From positions 434,001 through 498,000 of the forward strand of contig OZ251229.1 in assembly GCA_965240325.2 (NCBI GenBank): a stretch of DNA of 64,000 nucleotides. The letters are read 5' to 3'. The stretch comes from Rebecca billardiae RCC1528. Taxonomy: Eukaryota; Protista; Haptophyta. Made by a program: the position numbers and the translations under genes. The notes under the pieces were generated by a model. That model saw only the letters and a program-made list of their open reading frames with translations, was not told the origin of the DNA and ran no database searches. This document shows, in pieces, positions 35,799 through 48,638 of the stretch (positions are counted from its first letter, which is position 1; the number at the start of each line of letters is the position of its first letter).

Positions 35799-36315
35799 CA
35801 GGCAATCGCGGGCAATAAGGAGCTGTCACGTTAAGAAACTGGGGCTTGCTATCTGCGGATCTGGCCTAGAAACTGAGGCTAGCGATTGGCTGGTTCGCCA
35901 TACGCATAGTCACACTAAGAAACCGGGACTACGTCGTCCCGGCTGACGAGTGGTCCGCCGAGGGGCGAGGCGCAGTCGGCCCGTCGGGGACGCGGCGCGC
36001 GGCCCGACTACGAGTACAGTACAGGCCAAGTCCCGACTTCTCCTGATGACTGACTCCTGGCCAGTGCACCGCAGCATCCATGCAACATCATGCGCGCCAG
36101 ATTTGCTCCAAAAAGGCCCAAAATTTTCTGTCGGCCTCGCCGGCCGGGCCTATGAAGACTCAGCGGGGGGCTCTGCCCCCCTGCGCCCCCCGCGCCTGCG
36201 CGGCGGGCGGACCTAGCTAAGAAACTGAGACTCCGTAGGCGCTCGGGCTACCGAACGGCTAAGAAACCGAGGCTAGCCGTGAGATCTCTGACTTCTTATT
36301 GCCCGCGATTGCCTG
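35799..36315 (+). mobile_element. MITE family A copy 1 (non-autonomous, TA target duplication, Tc1/mariner-like termini)
   Basis: 21-bp TIR CAGGCAATCGCGGGCAATAAG at both ends, TA on each side, internal TAAGAAAC(T/C)G repeats; second copy at 58442-59065. Confidence 0.92.
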
Positions 36316-36414
36316 TATACGGACCGGAGCTCTACGTCACGACGTGAGTCTACGTCAACGTGGGGCCCGGCGCCCGCTCCACGATGCGCGCTCCGCCCTG
36401 CACCGCGCGTCTGA

Positions 36415-37491
36415 TTAGAATACCTTGAATGGCATGCCACGGCACCTGTAGTTCCTGATCCCCAGCATCATCTTGGCCTGTCTTCGCAGCAGCCGCCAGC
36501 ACGTCGTCGTCCGGTTCGGCTGCTTGTCCTGGAACACCGCCTTGCCATCCTTGTCCTTTGAGACCAGGCCCGCCGCCTCGAAGTAGAAGTAGCAGCTCGA
36601 CTTGCGCATCCACGGCTTAGACGACGCCCAGAAGTGGTGCACCTTGTACGGGCTGTACGTGGGCACGGCGTGGCGCCTCGCCAGCATCGCGTACACCGCT
36701 GAGATCATGCCCTGGTCCGCGTCCCCGTTCACCACGTTCCACGTGTTGTACTTCACCATGTGCACCTCCTTGTACAGCTCGAGGTCGGAGGCGTTGAGCA
36801 GGTCGCGCGGCCGGCCGATGAGGCCGGGGCCGTGCGTGATATTGAAGCGCATCGTGCGGAGCAGGCGCACCCCGAGCTCGTACTCCTCCTGCCTCGGCTT
36901 GAGGAGGAGCAGCCCGCCATTCAGAATGACCTGCGGGTCCATGTTCGCTAAGATCAGCGCATCGCTGCGCATGAAGCGGTCGTACAGCTCGGTCCATGCG
37001 TGCTGGGTCGCCTCCAGGTGCGCCTCTGGTCCAATCTTGCGGGCTGGGTGCCAAAAGTCGATGTCGTTGTCCACCAGGAAGATCGACTCGTACTCGGTGT
37101 GCCGCAGGACATCCCACTTCACAATGTTGGCGAGCGTGAACCCTTTGTCGTTGAGAAGCCAACGCTCCTTCAGGACGGTTTTCACACGATGCCGCTCGGC
37201 TGAGCGGTCGTACGACTCCTCAACCCACCTCTTGCTCAGGTCGACGACCTCCTGGCCGTACGGGATCACGCGTATCTGCGGGAATTGCGCGCACTCTGTG
37301 TTCACAAACTTGGCATCATTCGTCACGATGAGGACCTCGGCGCGGTCGCGCAGGAAAGGCAGGGCAGCGAAGCGCGTTGCATCCTGACACCACTTGACGA
37401 TGCCACAGACCTGGTCTCGACTGCTCATCGACAGAGCCCACACTGTTGTGGCGATCGCGATGCGAGCGCCCGCCGCTTGAGAGGGAGCCAT
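36415..37491 (-). CDS. Glycosyltransferase, GT-A fold, GT8 (glycogenin-like) type, intronless
   Basis: KW..TEYESIFLVDNDI (DxD), LNGGLLLLKP, DADQG, VHHFWASSKPW. Confidence 0.8.
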   Translation of the reverse strand: MAPSQAAGARIAIATTVWALSMSSRDQVCGIVKWCQDATRFAALPFLRDRAEVLIVTNDAKFVNTECAQFPQIRVIPYGQEVVDLSKRWVEESYDRSAERHRVKTVLKERWLLNDKGFTLANIVKWDVLRHTEYESIFLVDNDIDFWHPARKIGPEAHLEATQHAWTELYDRFMRSDALILANMDPQVILNGGLLLLKPRQEEYELGVRLLRTMRFNITHGPGLIGRPRDLLNASDLELYKEVHMVKYNTWNVVNGDADQGMISAVYAMLARRHAVPTYSPYKVHHFWASSKPWMRKSSCYFYFEAAGLVSKDKDGKAVFQDKQPNRTTTCWRLLRRQAKMMLGIRNYRCRGMPFKVF

Positions 37492-37698
37492 CTTGCGGTC
37501 CGTGGCTCCGCGCAATCGTCGTACCCGCGCGCGGCGGAAATCTGTAGTAGCAAAAATGAAATGAGATCTCGTCTTTCGAGTTTCGATCGAGTTTCCGAGG
37601 GCGGCTGGTGAGCAGCAGAGCTCCAGAGCAGAGCGGCTGCGGCTGCAGCGTGCACAGCGGGTTGCCATCCGGCGTCGCGGCGGTCGGACGACGACAGG

Positions 37699-38700
37699 AT
37701 GGCCCTCGCCTTCGCCTGCATCGTCCTACTTCTGTCCACTGCCGCGTCGAGCGATGCAGAAGAAGGCGATCCTGGGCAGGTGCCGGCTCCCGTGGCTGTG
37801 GAGCAGCCTCGCTCATGGGGAATCGATCGTAGGCTCTTGGTGCTGGCGGTCGCAGCCATCGCTGTCGTGGTCGCCGCCCGCCGCAGGGCCAAGCCCAACC
37901 CGCGCGATGTGGCCAACGAGACGGTGGGCGCGCTCTCCGCCGACGTCATCTCGCTGAACCAGAAGGTCAATATGCTCGAAGCTATCCGACGCCCAGCCGT
38001 CTACCCTCACGCGGTCGAGGCAGGGCTGTACAGCGTGCTCGTCCACATGCTGCGCGCAGACGCACTCGAGGTGTGTGCGCGCTGGCGGGGCGCGCAGTAC
38101 TGCAGCTTTGTCCACTGGATGACGAACACGCTCTTCAATCGCGACGGGCGCAGCGCGCATGGTGACCGCTGGGCCGCCTTCATCCGCAGCGCCGATGACG
38201 CCTGGCCTGCGTGGTTGGCAGCTGCAGGGGCGTTGGTCTCGACTGTCACTGATCGGCGCATCATTCGAAACCCGACTGCGGCCGACTTGGCCGTGCGCGC
38301 TTCGCGGGATGTGCTGAGCAGCCTGGGCCTCGGTCTCGCGCAGCAGCAGGCGGCGTGCGCCTTCTTCTATGTGGATGACGCCGCGCGTGGCGCCAACGCG
38401 CCCACCACTGCTGGGCCGGCGGCGAGCGCACGTCTGAAGGCCACTCTCACTGCACTGCGGCCCATGCTCGCGAATGCACGCGAGGCGGCCGAGCGCAAGG
38501 TGGACCGGAGCTCGCTCCTCGAGGCCAACATCAACCAAGTCGCAGGGTTGCTCGAGGTGTGGTCGAGCAGGTTTGGAGTGCCTACCGTTGACGTGAGCGG
38601 CGAGCTCAAGCTGAGCACCAAGCAGAAGGCCATGTATGCACAGGTTGCTGTGCCGATGGCGACCAGGGCGATCGCAGCTGCACGCGGCAGCCGGTCCTGA
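37699..38700 (+). CDS. Hypothetical protein with signal peptide and a transmembrane segment
   Basis: 333-aa ORF with normal composition; MALAFACIVLLLSTAA signal; LLVLAVAAIAVVVAA TM followed by a basic stop-transfer stretch. Confidence 0.65.
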   Translation: MALAFACIVLLLSTAASSDAEEGDPGQVPAPVAVEQPRSWGIDRRLLVLAVAAIAVVVAARRRAKPNPRDVANETVGALSADVISLNQKVNMLEAIRRPAVYPHAVEAGLYSVLVHMLRADALEVCARWRGAQYCSFVHWMTNTLFNRDGRSAHGDRWAAFIRSADDAWPAWLAAAGALVSTVTDRRIIRNPTAADLAVRASRDVLSSLGLGLAQQQAACAFFYVDDAARGANAPTTAGPAASARLKATLTALRPMLANAREAAERKVDRSSLLEANINQVAGLLEVWSSRFGVPTVDVSGELKLSTKQKAMYAQVAVPMATRAIAAARGSRS

Positions 38701-39307
38701 CTCCTGAAGCCCCACAGTAGGAATCGTGCCGGTGCGCGGGTGCCGTCAGCAAGCATGCCGACTTCGACGACGACGAGCTTCATCAGCGTCTTCGGACTAG
38801 TCTGAGTGAGCGCGGGCCGCTGCTGCCAGCACTCAGTTCGGCCAGTGCTCAGCCCTGGGCCTGTGTCGCCTTTCGGCGACCGATGCGGGTCGTCTCCCTC
38901 GCCATGGCCGCCGCACACTCACGGCACCGAGTCACACAGTCCGCACAGGCATGACTCATCGTCATGACTCACACTACTGTGTCTGAGTGAGCCATCTGGC
39001 CCGGGCTCGGTCTCGGACCGCCCGGCCCCGGGGCGGGCCCGCGGCCGCGACCGTACCGGCCGGACTCACCGCGGGCGGCATCCCGCCGCGCCCCATATCG
39101 CCGGCGTCGATCATCGGCGACTCGGCCGGATCCGGCCACCTCGTCAGTGGCCCGATCGCGGACGACCGTGCCGATTCGTTCGGAGGCCGCCGTCGCACGT
39201 TCACGTCACAGTCTGTCATTAATATTATTCAGATTCGTCAGACTCAGAGTAGTCGCTCATCGCATGTCACTCCGCTGCCGGCTCGTCGCGAGTTATCGTT
39301 CTAATCG

Positions 39308-39391
39308 ATGCTGCTGCTGCTGCTCTGGCTCTCTCTCTCAGTCTCTCTCTCGTCTCTCTCTCTCTCTCTACAAATTCTACTACTACTACTT
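39308..39391. repeat. Compound microsatellite (TGC)n-(CT)n-(CTA)n
   Basis: Seen directly. Confidence 0.85.
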
Positions 39392-39451
39392 CTAGCTGCG
39401 CGAATTCATGATGACGATGATGATTCATGGGCGCCGACCTCGTCTGACTCG

Positions 39452-42400
39452 TCACCCGGTGCTGGCATCTGCTGCAGGAGCAGCAGCGATGAGGGCGGGC
39501 GCCATAGCCTCAGGTGTCGGGGCGGCGGCCGCAGCGCCGTCATTTGGCGGCTGATCCGTCGCCAGGGGCGGCAGCAGCCGATCTCGACTGAGCCGCAGCA
39601 TGCGTGTCACCGACCCAGCGGCGCCCAGCGCCACCGCCGGCGCGCCAGCCTCCGCCTCGTCAATCTCGTGGGTGGGGCGAGGTGAGGTGTGTGGTGGTGC
39701 GCGCTCGGCTCCCCCCTCCGATGGGTCGGCGGCTGCGGGCGCGTGCGCTCTCGTGGCGTCAGTGCCACTGTCCGCGCCGCAAAGGCAGACGCCGCTGTCC
39801 TGTCGTCCCGGTGCGGTGCGCTCAAAGTGCGATGGGCAGCCCGGCGACGAGTGCCGCGAGCCGCTGTCCGAGTCCGCGCGCGCGGCCTGCACCCCGCGAG
39901 CGTGCCGCGCCGGGCAGCCCGGCGACGAGTTCCGCGAGCCGCTGCCCGCGCGCGCAGCCTGCACCCCGCGCGGGTGCCGCGCGGGGCAGCTCGGCGACGA
40001 ATGCCTTGAGCCGCTGTTCGCGCGCACATGCCCGGGGCGCGAGAACTTGGGTGGGCAGGCCGGCGACGAGTGCGGCGAGTCGGAGCCGCGCGCGCTCCGC
40101 GTCAACTGATCGCCCTTCGCCGAGAGCGCCATGCCCTCCGCCGACATTCGGAACGCGTGCAGCGCGCGCCGGACGGGCGTGGTCGGCGCCTCGTCCAGGC
40201 TCAGCCGGCGCTGCGCGCTCGCCGCCTCGAGCTGGCGCTGCCGGTTCGACTCGGCGACCGCCTCCAGCACCCTGCGCAGCGCGCCGTTGAAGCGCTCGCC
40301 GCCTCCGTACCCGTGCTCGATCATCGCGACGAGCCGCTCGCGGTCGTGCGCGAGGTTGCTCGTCGCGCCGCGCACGTCGAACGCCCTCAGCTCGGACAGC
40401 CACGCCTCGTACGCGGCCTCCGCGCTCGTGTCGCGCAGCGGCTCGAGCTCGATCTGGTCGTGGGTGCCGCCCATCTCGATGAAGACAAAGAGCTCGACCA
40501 CGCTGCACGCGCGGCACCGAGCGCGCGCGCGCGGGGCACGTGCGCGCACGCGCGAGGGAGGGCCAGGCAGAGGGCAGGCGTCGGGTCGTGTGCGCTGGTG
40601 GAGAGAGAGGCCGACGCCCGCCCGCGGCCGGGGCCAGCCAGGGGCACCGCTGGCGCGACGGTGCGGCCACGAGTGCCGCGCGCCAGTCGGGCGACGCACG
40701 GCCACGCGCGCAGCCGCCCGCGCTCACCACCAGAGGCGGGTCAGATAGGTCTCGCCGGCGAGGGCGAGCATGGAGTTGCAGCCTGCGAGGAAGACAGGCA
40801 GGCACTTGAGGCTGCGCACGCACAGGGGCGGCGGAGGGAAGCGCGCGGCTCAGCGCGCGCGCGATGCGCGTCGCAGCTCTGTTCACGCACATGCGCACAC
40901 GCGTACACAGCCGCGCGCACAGCCGCGCGCACAGCCGCGCGCACAGCCGCGCGCGGGATCGGACTCTCCAGCGCGCGCGCCCCGCCGCCCGCCCACGCGC
41001 ACTGCAGCAGTGCGCGCACTTGTCGTCGATGTTCTCCTGGTCGATGCAGAAGCGGTCGAGCCACACCTTGGGCTCGCGCGCGTTTGTGGCCACGAACGCG
41101 TCGCGCCAGCGCTGCAGCGCGTCGAACTTGGTCTCCGCGCTGTCCGCCCAGCTGTGCGAGATGAAGCTGGCGCGCAGCAGTGGCGCGCAGCAGTGGCGCG
41201 CAGCAGTGGCGCGCAGCAGCGGACGGGGGGCAGGCGCGTGCGGCCGGGCGCGCCGCACCGCGCCAGAGGCGGGCGGGCGAGAGGGCGCCGGGGCAGGCAG
41301 CGGGGGCGGCTCAGCGCATGCTCACCGCGCGCGCGCGCGCGCGCGCGCGCACGGCCGCCCGCCCGCCCGCGTGCGCGCGAACGCGCGCACCAGTCCACGT
41401 CGCCAAACGTGGCGGGCTGCGCGCGTGCGTACAGCGCCGGGTCGGGCTCCGAGCTGCGCAGGTCCTCCAGCCCGATCTGGTCGAGCGGCACGCAGCGGAA
41501 GAGCTGCTGCGCGCGCGACTGCACATCGCGCGCGTGCTCGCGGCCGATGAGCGCGGCGACGCTCGCCGCGGCCGCCATCGCCTCGCCGTGCGCGGAGAGC
41601 CACGCGTGCACGCGCAGCCGCAGCCACGGGGTGGCCGCGAGGCTCCCCACGATCATCATCTCGAGGGCCGACAGCAGCTGCATCGTGCTGAACGCGAGCT
41701 CGAGCTCGCCGCGCGCGCGCGCGTGGAAGTGGCCGGCGACGGCCTCGAGCAGCCGGAGCCCGAGCTCCACGCCGCCGTCGATCAGCAGCGTCCGGCTCGT
41801 CGCGAACCAGAGCGCGTGCAGCTGCGCGGGCGGCGACGCGCGCTGCGCGTACGCCGCGTGCGCGAGCCACACGACGAGAACGGCGCACAGCGCCAGCCGG
41901 AACAGGCCGACGGCGAAGTGGACGCCGCTCAGCCAGCACGCGACCGGGCCGCCGAGCACCGGCACGGCGCACGCCGGCGGCAGCGCGTCGAGCAGCCCGA
42001 CGAAGTCCATCACGACGAACACGCTGATGCCGAGGCAGAAGAGGATGGACACGTTCAGCACCGCGCGGATCAGAGGCCCGTCCGTCGGCGTGAGCGCGAG
42101 GAGGAGCGCCACGGCGGCGGGGGAGACGGCGATAAACGCAATCTCCACGTGCCCGTGCCCCGTGATAGTGAGCACCGTCGCCGCGACAACACTCGCCGCG
42201 AGAAGCGCCGTGCCACACGTTGCTAGCGGCAGCTGCACTCGCCACCTGAAGCGCCGGCCCGCGGCGTGCGCAGCGTCCAGCTTGCGCCGGATCGCGTCCG
42301 CATCGCGCGAGGAAAACGACCCCGAGCGGCCCGAGTCACGCGGCGTCGCGCGGCGCGCGACCACCGGGTGAACTTGGCGACCCGTCCCGAGGGATGATAG

Positions 42401-42529
42401 CGGTAGGCCTATCCGCGGCATTAGGCCATGGCATGTGGCACCGCGGGCAGCCGCCTGCTGCGCCGCCGCGGAAAAACTACCGCCAACATCCAGCGAGCTG
42501 CGGCCATTGGCGGAATTCAGATTGGCCAT
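39452..42529 (-). CDS. Multi-pass membrane protein with a C-terminal TIR-like domain and Ser-rich repeat tail
   Basis: About 6 hydrophobic segments, then the spliced sequence DCFISHSW..KVWLDRFCIDQ..NLKCLPVFLAGC..GETYLTRLWCVVELF. Introns 41167-41390, 40812-41019 and 40503-40727. Confidence 0.82.
39833..40085 (-). repeat. Coding tandem repeat (SRHSSPGCPARHARGVQAARA-like, 3-4 copies) in the TIR-protein tail
   Basis: Recurring gggcagcccggcgacgagt units. Confidence 0.85.
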
Positions 42530-42893
42530 GCAGTTCGTCAAGAACCGCCGATGAATATGCAGCACCTATCTACCGCCCTTGGCGCATGATACAGTCGTTA
42601 CTACTCGGTACTACTAATCATACGACCTATCCATACTGAGACAGTGCACCGTTCCGACAGGAAACCGTCGTCGTCGTCACCACCGACAGGCATCACCTGA
42701 TGTGATGCGTGCGCTGATACTATCATACTAGCAGCAGTGCTGACAAGGGCCGCCAAGGGCCCCGACAAAGCCTGCGACGACGGACTGAACGCGGCGACGC
42801 ATGACCAGAGCCGCTTCCGGCCCAGCCACCGGCACAGCGCATCATCATCGCGCGCCCGGCGCAGTGGATCGTGGGTCCGCTGCGGTCAGCAAC

Positions 42894-45459
42894 TCACATG
42901 AGCTCGGCAGCGTTGCCGGTCGTCGCACTCGGCTGCTGCGCAGCCTTGCTGGTGCGCATGCGCATGCCCACCACGACGGCCGCAGCGAGGACGACTCCGA
43001 CAGCAGCCGCGCCGAGCACTTTTGCGTGCGCGGCGATCACCTTGGGCACGCGCGAGCGCGCCTCCGTCCCCAGCTTGCCCGGCATAGACGGCGGCGCGCT
43101 CGTGGCGCTGTCGCCGGCAAGCACGGTGAACACGCCCTTTGCCTCGGCGCCAAACTCTGCGGCCGTGAACACGACCTTGCCGCCGACGACGACATCGACC
43201 TTGCCATCGCCGTACCCGCAGCACATGCCGTCCGAGTAGGTGTCGTACCTGTGATGAGGGACCGGGGCGCCGGGGAGTGCACCTTCAGCGACCACGTCGT
43301 GGGGAGCGGGGGGAGGGGGGCGCGGCGCCGGGCGCCATTGGCATGCGAGCGCGCGCGCGCACATGATGAAGGTGAACTTGCCGGGCAGCAGCTCGGCGAC
43401 AGCGCTCCCGTCGCTCGCCGTGCCCTCGGCAACCACCACGTCGTCGTCGTCGACTGCACGCGCACCGCATCGAGGGTGAATCATGCCAAGCAGGGAAGCA
43501 AAGACGCGTGAGCTGTCGCGCATGACCGACGTCCCCGACCTTAGTTGTGCGCGCACTGGCGCTGGCGCGCGCACGGCCGGCGCGTGCGCGCACGAATCTC
43601 CCACGAGTTCTCGCTCGGGTACCGATCCGGCGTGATGTTGACCTGCACATCGACGGGCTTGGTCGGGTTGCCCGCGCGCACATCGAGCTCAGCAGTCTTC
43701 ACGCTGGCGAAGCTGGCACCCTCGAAGACCAGCTCGCCACCGACGTACACCTCGAACTTGCCGTGGCCGTGGCCGCAGCTGCGCGCGCGGGGGGGCGTGG
43801 AAGGCGGGCGCCCAGAAGGCTGTGCGCGTCAGGCACGGCCGCGCGCTCGGGCGCACTTCGCGGAGCGAGCTGCGCGCTGGTACTGCAAACGCACCACATG
43901 CCGTCGGCCCACGTGTCAAAGATGGTGAAGACGTACGTGCCCGGATCGACGCACGCCTCGCCGCCCTTGTCGCCAGTGCCGTGCATGATGAGCTGGCCGC
44001 CCTTCCCGGCGCCCTTGAAGTGCCACAAGTTCTCGTCGGGGTGGTCGTCCGGGGTCATCTTCACCTGCACATTCACGCAGTCGCCGCCGCCGCCGCCGCC
44101 GCCACCGCCACCGCCCGATGGCGGTGGCGGTGGGCTGGGCGAGTGCGGGCCGTGCGCCTGGCCATCCGGCACCTGCGCGAGCAGGTTGGGCACGTTGTTG
44201 CTGCCGATCGACGCGGTGATCTTGCCCTCCTGCGCAAGGTTGACGATCTGAGCTGCCACCTGCGTCGACGAGAGCGACGTGTCCTCCGCGCGGATCAGCG
44301 CGGCGATGCCCGCGACGTGCGGGGTCGCCATGCTCGTCCCGGAGATCGTGTTGGTCGCGTCCGCACCGCCAATCCACGCCGACTTGATGTAGCTGCCGGG
44401 GGCAAAGACGTCGACGCACGAGCCGAAGTTGGTGAACTCGGAGGCCTTGTCGTGGTCGGTGGTCGAGCCCACCGTCACCGCCTCCGGCGCCGATGCGGGC
44501 GAGTACGCGCACGCGTCCTCATAGTCGTTGCCAGCGGCCACAATCACGGCCACGTTGGCATCGTGCAGCGACTTGACGACCAGGTTCTCAGAGGCGGAGT
44601 AGCCGCCGCCGAGCGACATGGAGACGACCTTGGGCCGGCCGCCGTTCTCGTGGTTCATGGCCCACTCCATCCCGGCGATCACGTCCGAGCCCCAGCCCGA
44701 GCCCTGGCAGTCGAGCACGCGTATCGGGTGGATCGTCGACTTCTTGGCCACGCCGTACTGCGTGCCGCAGCACGAGCCAGCACAATGAGTGCCGTGGCCC
44801 TGGCAGTCGTCCCCGTCCGAGTCGCTGTCGACAAAGTCGTAGCCCTGTGCGACGCGCGGCGTGACCGCGCGAGTGCTGCGTCAGCGCAGCGCGCCGCACG
44901 CGTGGCTACGCCTCGCAGCCGCGCGCACCTCGCCGATCCGGCCGGCAAAGTCGTTGTGGTTGACGTTCACGCCAGTGTCAATCACGTACACGTCCACGCC
45001 CTCGCCGGTGTTGGGGTAGTCGAGCGTGTGGTCGAGCGGCAGGTCGGCCTGGTCGATGCGGTCCAGGCCCCACGGCGGGTGCTGCTGGTTGATCACCACC
45101 TTCTTGTCCTCCTCCACCGCGACGCCGAGCGAGCGGAAGTACTTGAGGCCCGTCGGCGTGAGGTCGACGGCCATGCCCTCGGCGAGGGTGTCGAATTGGT
45201 GCTTGATGGTCATGTTTCCGGCGGGGATGAACTTCTTCGTCTCCTCGACCATCTCGGCCACGCCACTCTTGCCCAGGCACGGCTTGCCGTTCGGACCGCG
45301 GTGCGAGCGCGACGCGACAATGTTCTTGAAGCCCGACGGGAGCCGCGTCGTGTCCGCCTCGAGCAGCGAGTCGAAGTCGATGATGAAACGCTCGGCGCTT
45401 GCACCCGCGAGGGCCGCAAGGGCGGCAAGCACCACCAGAGGCGCAGCTGGGCACCGCAT
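42894..45459 (-). CDS. Subtilisin S8A (proteinase K-like) protease copy A: signal, prodomain, catalytic domain, Pro/Gly linker, 2 beta modules, C-terminal TM
   Basis: WGLDRIDQ, VYVIDTG, GHGTHCAG, AAGN, ISGTSMATPHVAG; 4 GT-AG introns; C-terminal VLGAAAVGVVLAAAVVVG. Confidence 0.93.
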
Positions 45460-45861
45460 CGGCGAAGACGCTGGTGATGTGGCCGGCGCCTCGGGGCCCT
45501 GCTCGCAACCGGCAACGACTCCGCCGACCAATTTTGTGGGCGCGGCCGCCCGGCGGCGGTGGCTAGGGATCTGGGCGGTTCATCGAATACTGGTAACAAG
45601 CTTCCGATACCCGCACGGCTCCAGCAGCTGCTGAATGGCTGATGACACATTGATGAACCCGCCCCTTGATGACACTCGGGACAGGCCTCCCGATGGGCGT
45701 GCACGGCTTGCGGTGCGCGCTCTACTGCGACGCTCAAACCCGGCTTGAATCACGCAGAGGACACGTATGCACACGCATCCCTCAGCCCAGGTGCCTTCGG
45801 ACCGCACCACAGGCGCGGGCGCGGCGCAGTGGGAGGGAGGACGCGGGAGGTGGGCAGCAGC

Positions 45862-47060
45862 TCACATGAGCTCGGCACCGTTGCCGGTCGGCGCACTGGT
45901 CTGCTCTGCAGCCCTGTGAGCATTCATGCGCCTGTCGACTGCGACAGCAGCAGCGAGGATGACGCCAACAGCTGCGGCACCGAGCACGCGCGCGCGCGCC
46001 GCGATGACCTTGGGCACACGCGCGTGCGCCTCCGTCTTCATCCTGCCCGGCTTTCCAGGCTTGCCCGGCTTGCCCGGTGGCTTGCCCTTGTCATCGGCAG
46101 GCACGGTGAACACGCCCTTGGCCTCGGCGCCAAACTCCGAGGCTGTGAATACGACCTTGCCGCCGACGACGACATCGACCTTGCCATCGCCGTATCCGCA
46201 GCACATGCCGTCTGAGTATGTGTCATGCCTGCGCGGACGTCGCACGGGGGAGTGCTCCGTCAGCCACCACGTCCCGGGAGAGACAGGGGCGCGGCGCGCA
46301 CGCGTAGAGTGCCATCGGCATGCGAGCGAGCGCACACACATGATGAAGGTGAACTTGCCGGGCAGCAGCTCGGCGACAGCGTTCCCGTCGATCGCAGCGC
46401 CCTCTGCAACCACCTGGTCGTCGTCGTCGACTGTGCGCAACGCAGCAATGGGGAGCGATGCCATGCGGGGGCGCATCAAGTGTGAGCCCTTGTGCGCAGC
46501 CACCAGTGCCGGGCTCATCATCACGGGGGTGCGCTCGCGCGGCCGGCGCGTGCGCGCACGAATCTCCCACGAGTTCTCGCTCGGGTACCGATCCGGCGTG
46601 ATGTTGACCTGCACATCGACGGGCTTGGTCGGGTTGCCCGCCCGCACATCGAGCTCAGCAGTCTTCACGCTGGCGAAGCTGGCACCTTCGAAGACCAGCT
46701 TGCCACCTACGTACACCTCAAATTTGCCTTGGCCGTGATCGCAGCTGCACGCGCGCACGCGCGTGGACAGCGGGCATCGCGCGAGTGAAACGCGGCCGCG
46801 CACTCGGGCGCACGGCGCGGAGGGAGCTGCGCACGGATAATGCAAACGCACCACATGCCGTCGCCATACGAGTCGAAGATGGTGAAGACGTAGGCGCCCG
46901 GAGCGACGCACGCCTCGCCGCCCTTTTCGCCAGAGCCGTGCATGATGAGCTTGCCGGCACCAGTGGCCGTCTTCAAGTGCCACATGTTCTCGTCGGGGTA
47001 GTTGTCCGGGGTCAGCTTCACCTGCACCTTGACACAATGCGGATGCTTGCCACCACCGCC

Positions 47061-47091
<31 letters not shown>

Positions 47092-48638
47092 CCACCACCG
47101 CCGCCGCCACCCGATGGCGGTGGCGGCGTCACTGGCGGCGGCGTCGCTGCCGGGGGCGGCGCCGCGTGCTGCGGGGGTGGTGGGTTCTCCCAAGTGCCGC
47201 CACCACCGCCGCCACCACCGCTCGACGGTGGTGGCGGCGTCACTGGCGGCGGTGGGGCCCAGTCGTCATCACCGCCCCCCGGCGGCGGCGCGGTGGACGG
47301 TGGGGCGGGTGGGCTGGGCGAGTGCGGGCCGTGCGCCTGGCCATCCGGCACCTGCGCGAGCAGGTTGGGCACGTTGTTGCTGCCGATCGACGCGGTGATC
47401 TTGCCCTCCTGCGCAAGGTTGACGATCTGAGCTGCCACCTGCGTCGACGAGAGCGACGTGTCCTCCGCGCGGATCAGCGCGGCGATGCCCGCGACGTGCG
47501 GGGTCGCCATGCTCGTCCCGGAGATCGTGTTGGTCGCGTCCGCACCGCCAATCCATGCCGACTTGATGTAGCTGCCGGGGGCGAAGACGTCGACGCACGA
47601 GCCGAAGTTGGTGAACTCGGAGGCCTTGTCGTTGTCGGTGGTCGAGCCCACCGTCACCGCCTCCGGGGCCGACGCGGGCGAGTACCCGCACGCGTCCTCA
47701 TAGTCGTTGCCCGCTGCCACAATCACGGCCACGTTGGCGTCGTGCAGCGACTTGACGACCAGGTTCTCAGAGGCTGAGTAGCCGCCGCCGAGCGACATGG
47801 AGACGACCTTGGGCCGGCCGCCGTTCTCGTGGTTCATGGCCCACTCCATCCCGGCGATCACGTCCGAGCCCCAGCCCGAGCCCTGGCAGTCGAGCACGCG
47901 TATCGGGTGGATCGTCGACTTCTTGGCCACGCCGTACTGCGTGCCGCAGCACGAGCCAGCACAATGAGTGCCGTGGCCCTGGCAGTCGTCCCCGTCCGAG
48001 TCGCTGTCGACAAAGTCGTAGCCCTGTGCGACGCGCGGCGTGATCGCGCGAGTGCTGCGTCAGCGCAGCGCGCCGCACGCGTGGCTACGCCTCGCAGCCG
48101 CGCGCACCTCGCCGATCCGGCCGGCAAAGTCGTTGTGGTTGACGTTCACGCCAGTGTCAATCACGTACACGTCCACGCCCTCGCCGGTGTTCGGGTAGTC
48201 GAGCGTGTGGTCGAGCGGCAGGTCGGCCTGGTCGATGCGGTCCAGGCCCCACGGCGGGTGCTGCTGGTTGATCACCACCTTCTTGTCCTCCTCCACCGCG
48301 ACGCCGAGCGAGCGGAAGTACTTGAGGCCCGTCGGCGTGAGGTCGACGGCCATGCCCTCGGCGAGGGTGTCGAATTGGTGCTTGATGGTCATGTTTCCGG
48401 CGGGGATGAACTTCTTCGTCTCCTCGACCATCTCGGCCACGCCACTCTTGCCCAGGCACGGCTTGCCGTTCGGACCACGGTGCGAGCGCGACGCAACAAT
48501 GTTCTTGAAGCCCGACGGGAGCCGCGTCGTGTCCGCCTCGAGCAGCGAGTCGAAGTCGATGATGAAACGCTCGGCGCGCACGCCCGCGAGGGCCGCAAGG
48601 GCGGCAAGCACCGCCAGGGGCGCAGCTGGGCACCGCAT
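45862..48638 (-). CDS. Subtilisin S8A protease copy B (expanded Pro/Gly linker, 2 beta modules, TM)
   Basis: Near-identical catalytic region and the same intron positions as copy A. Confidence 0.93.
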
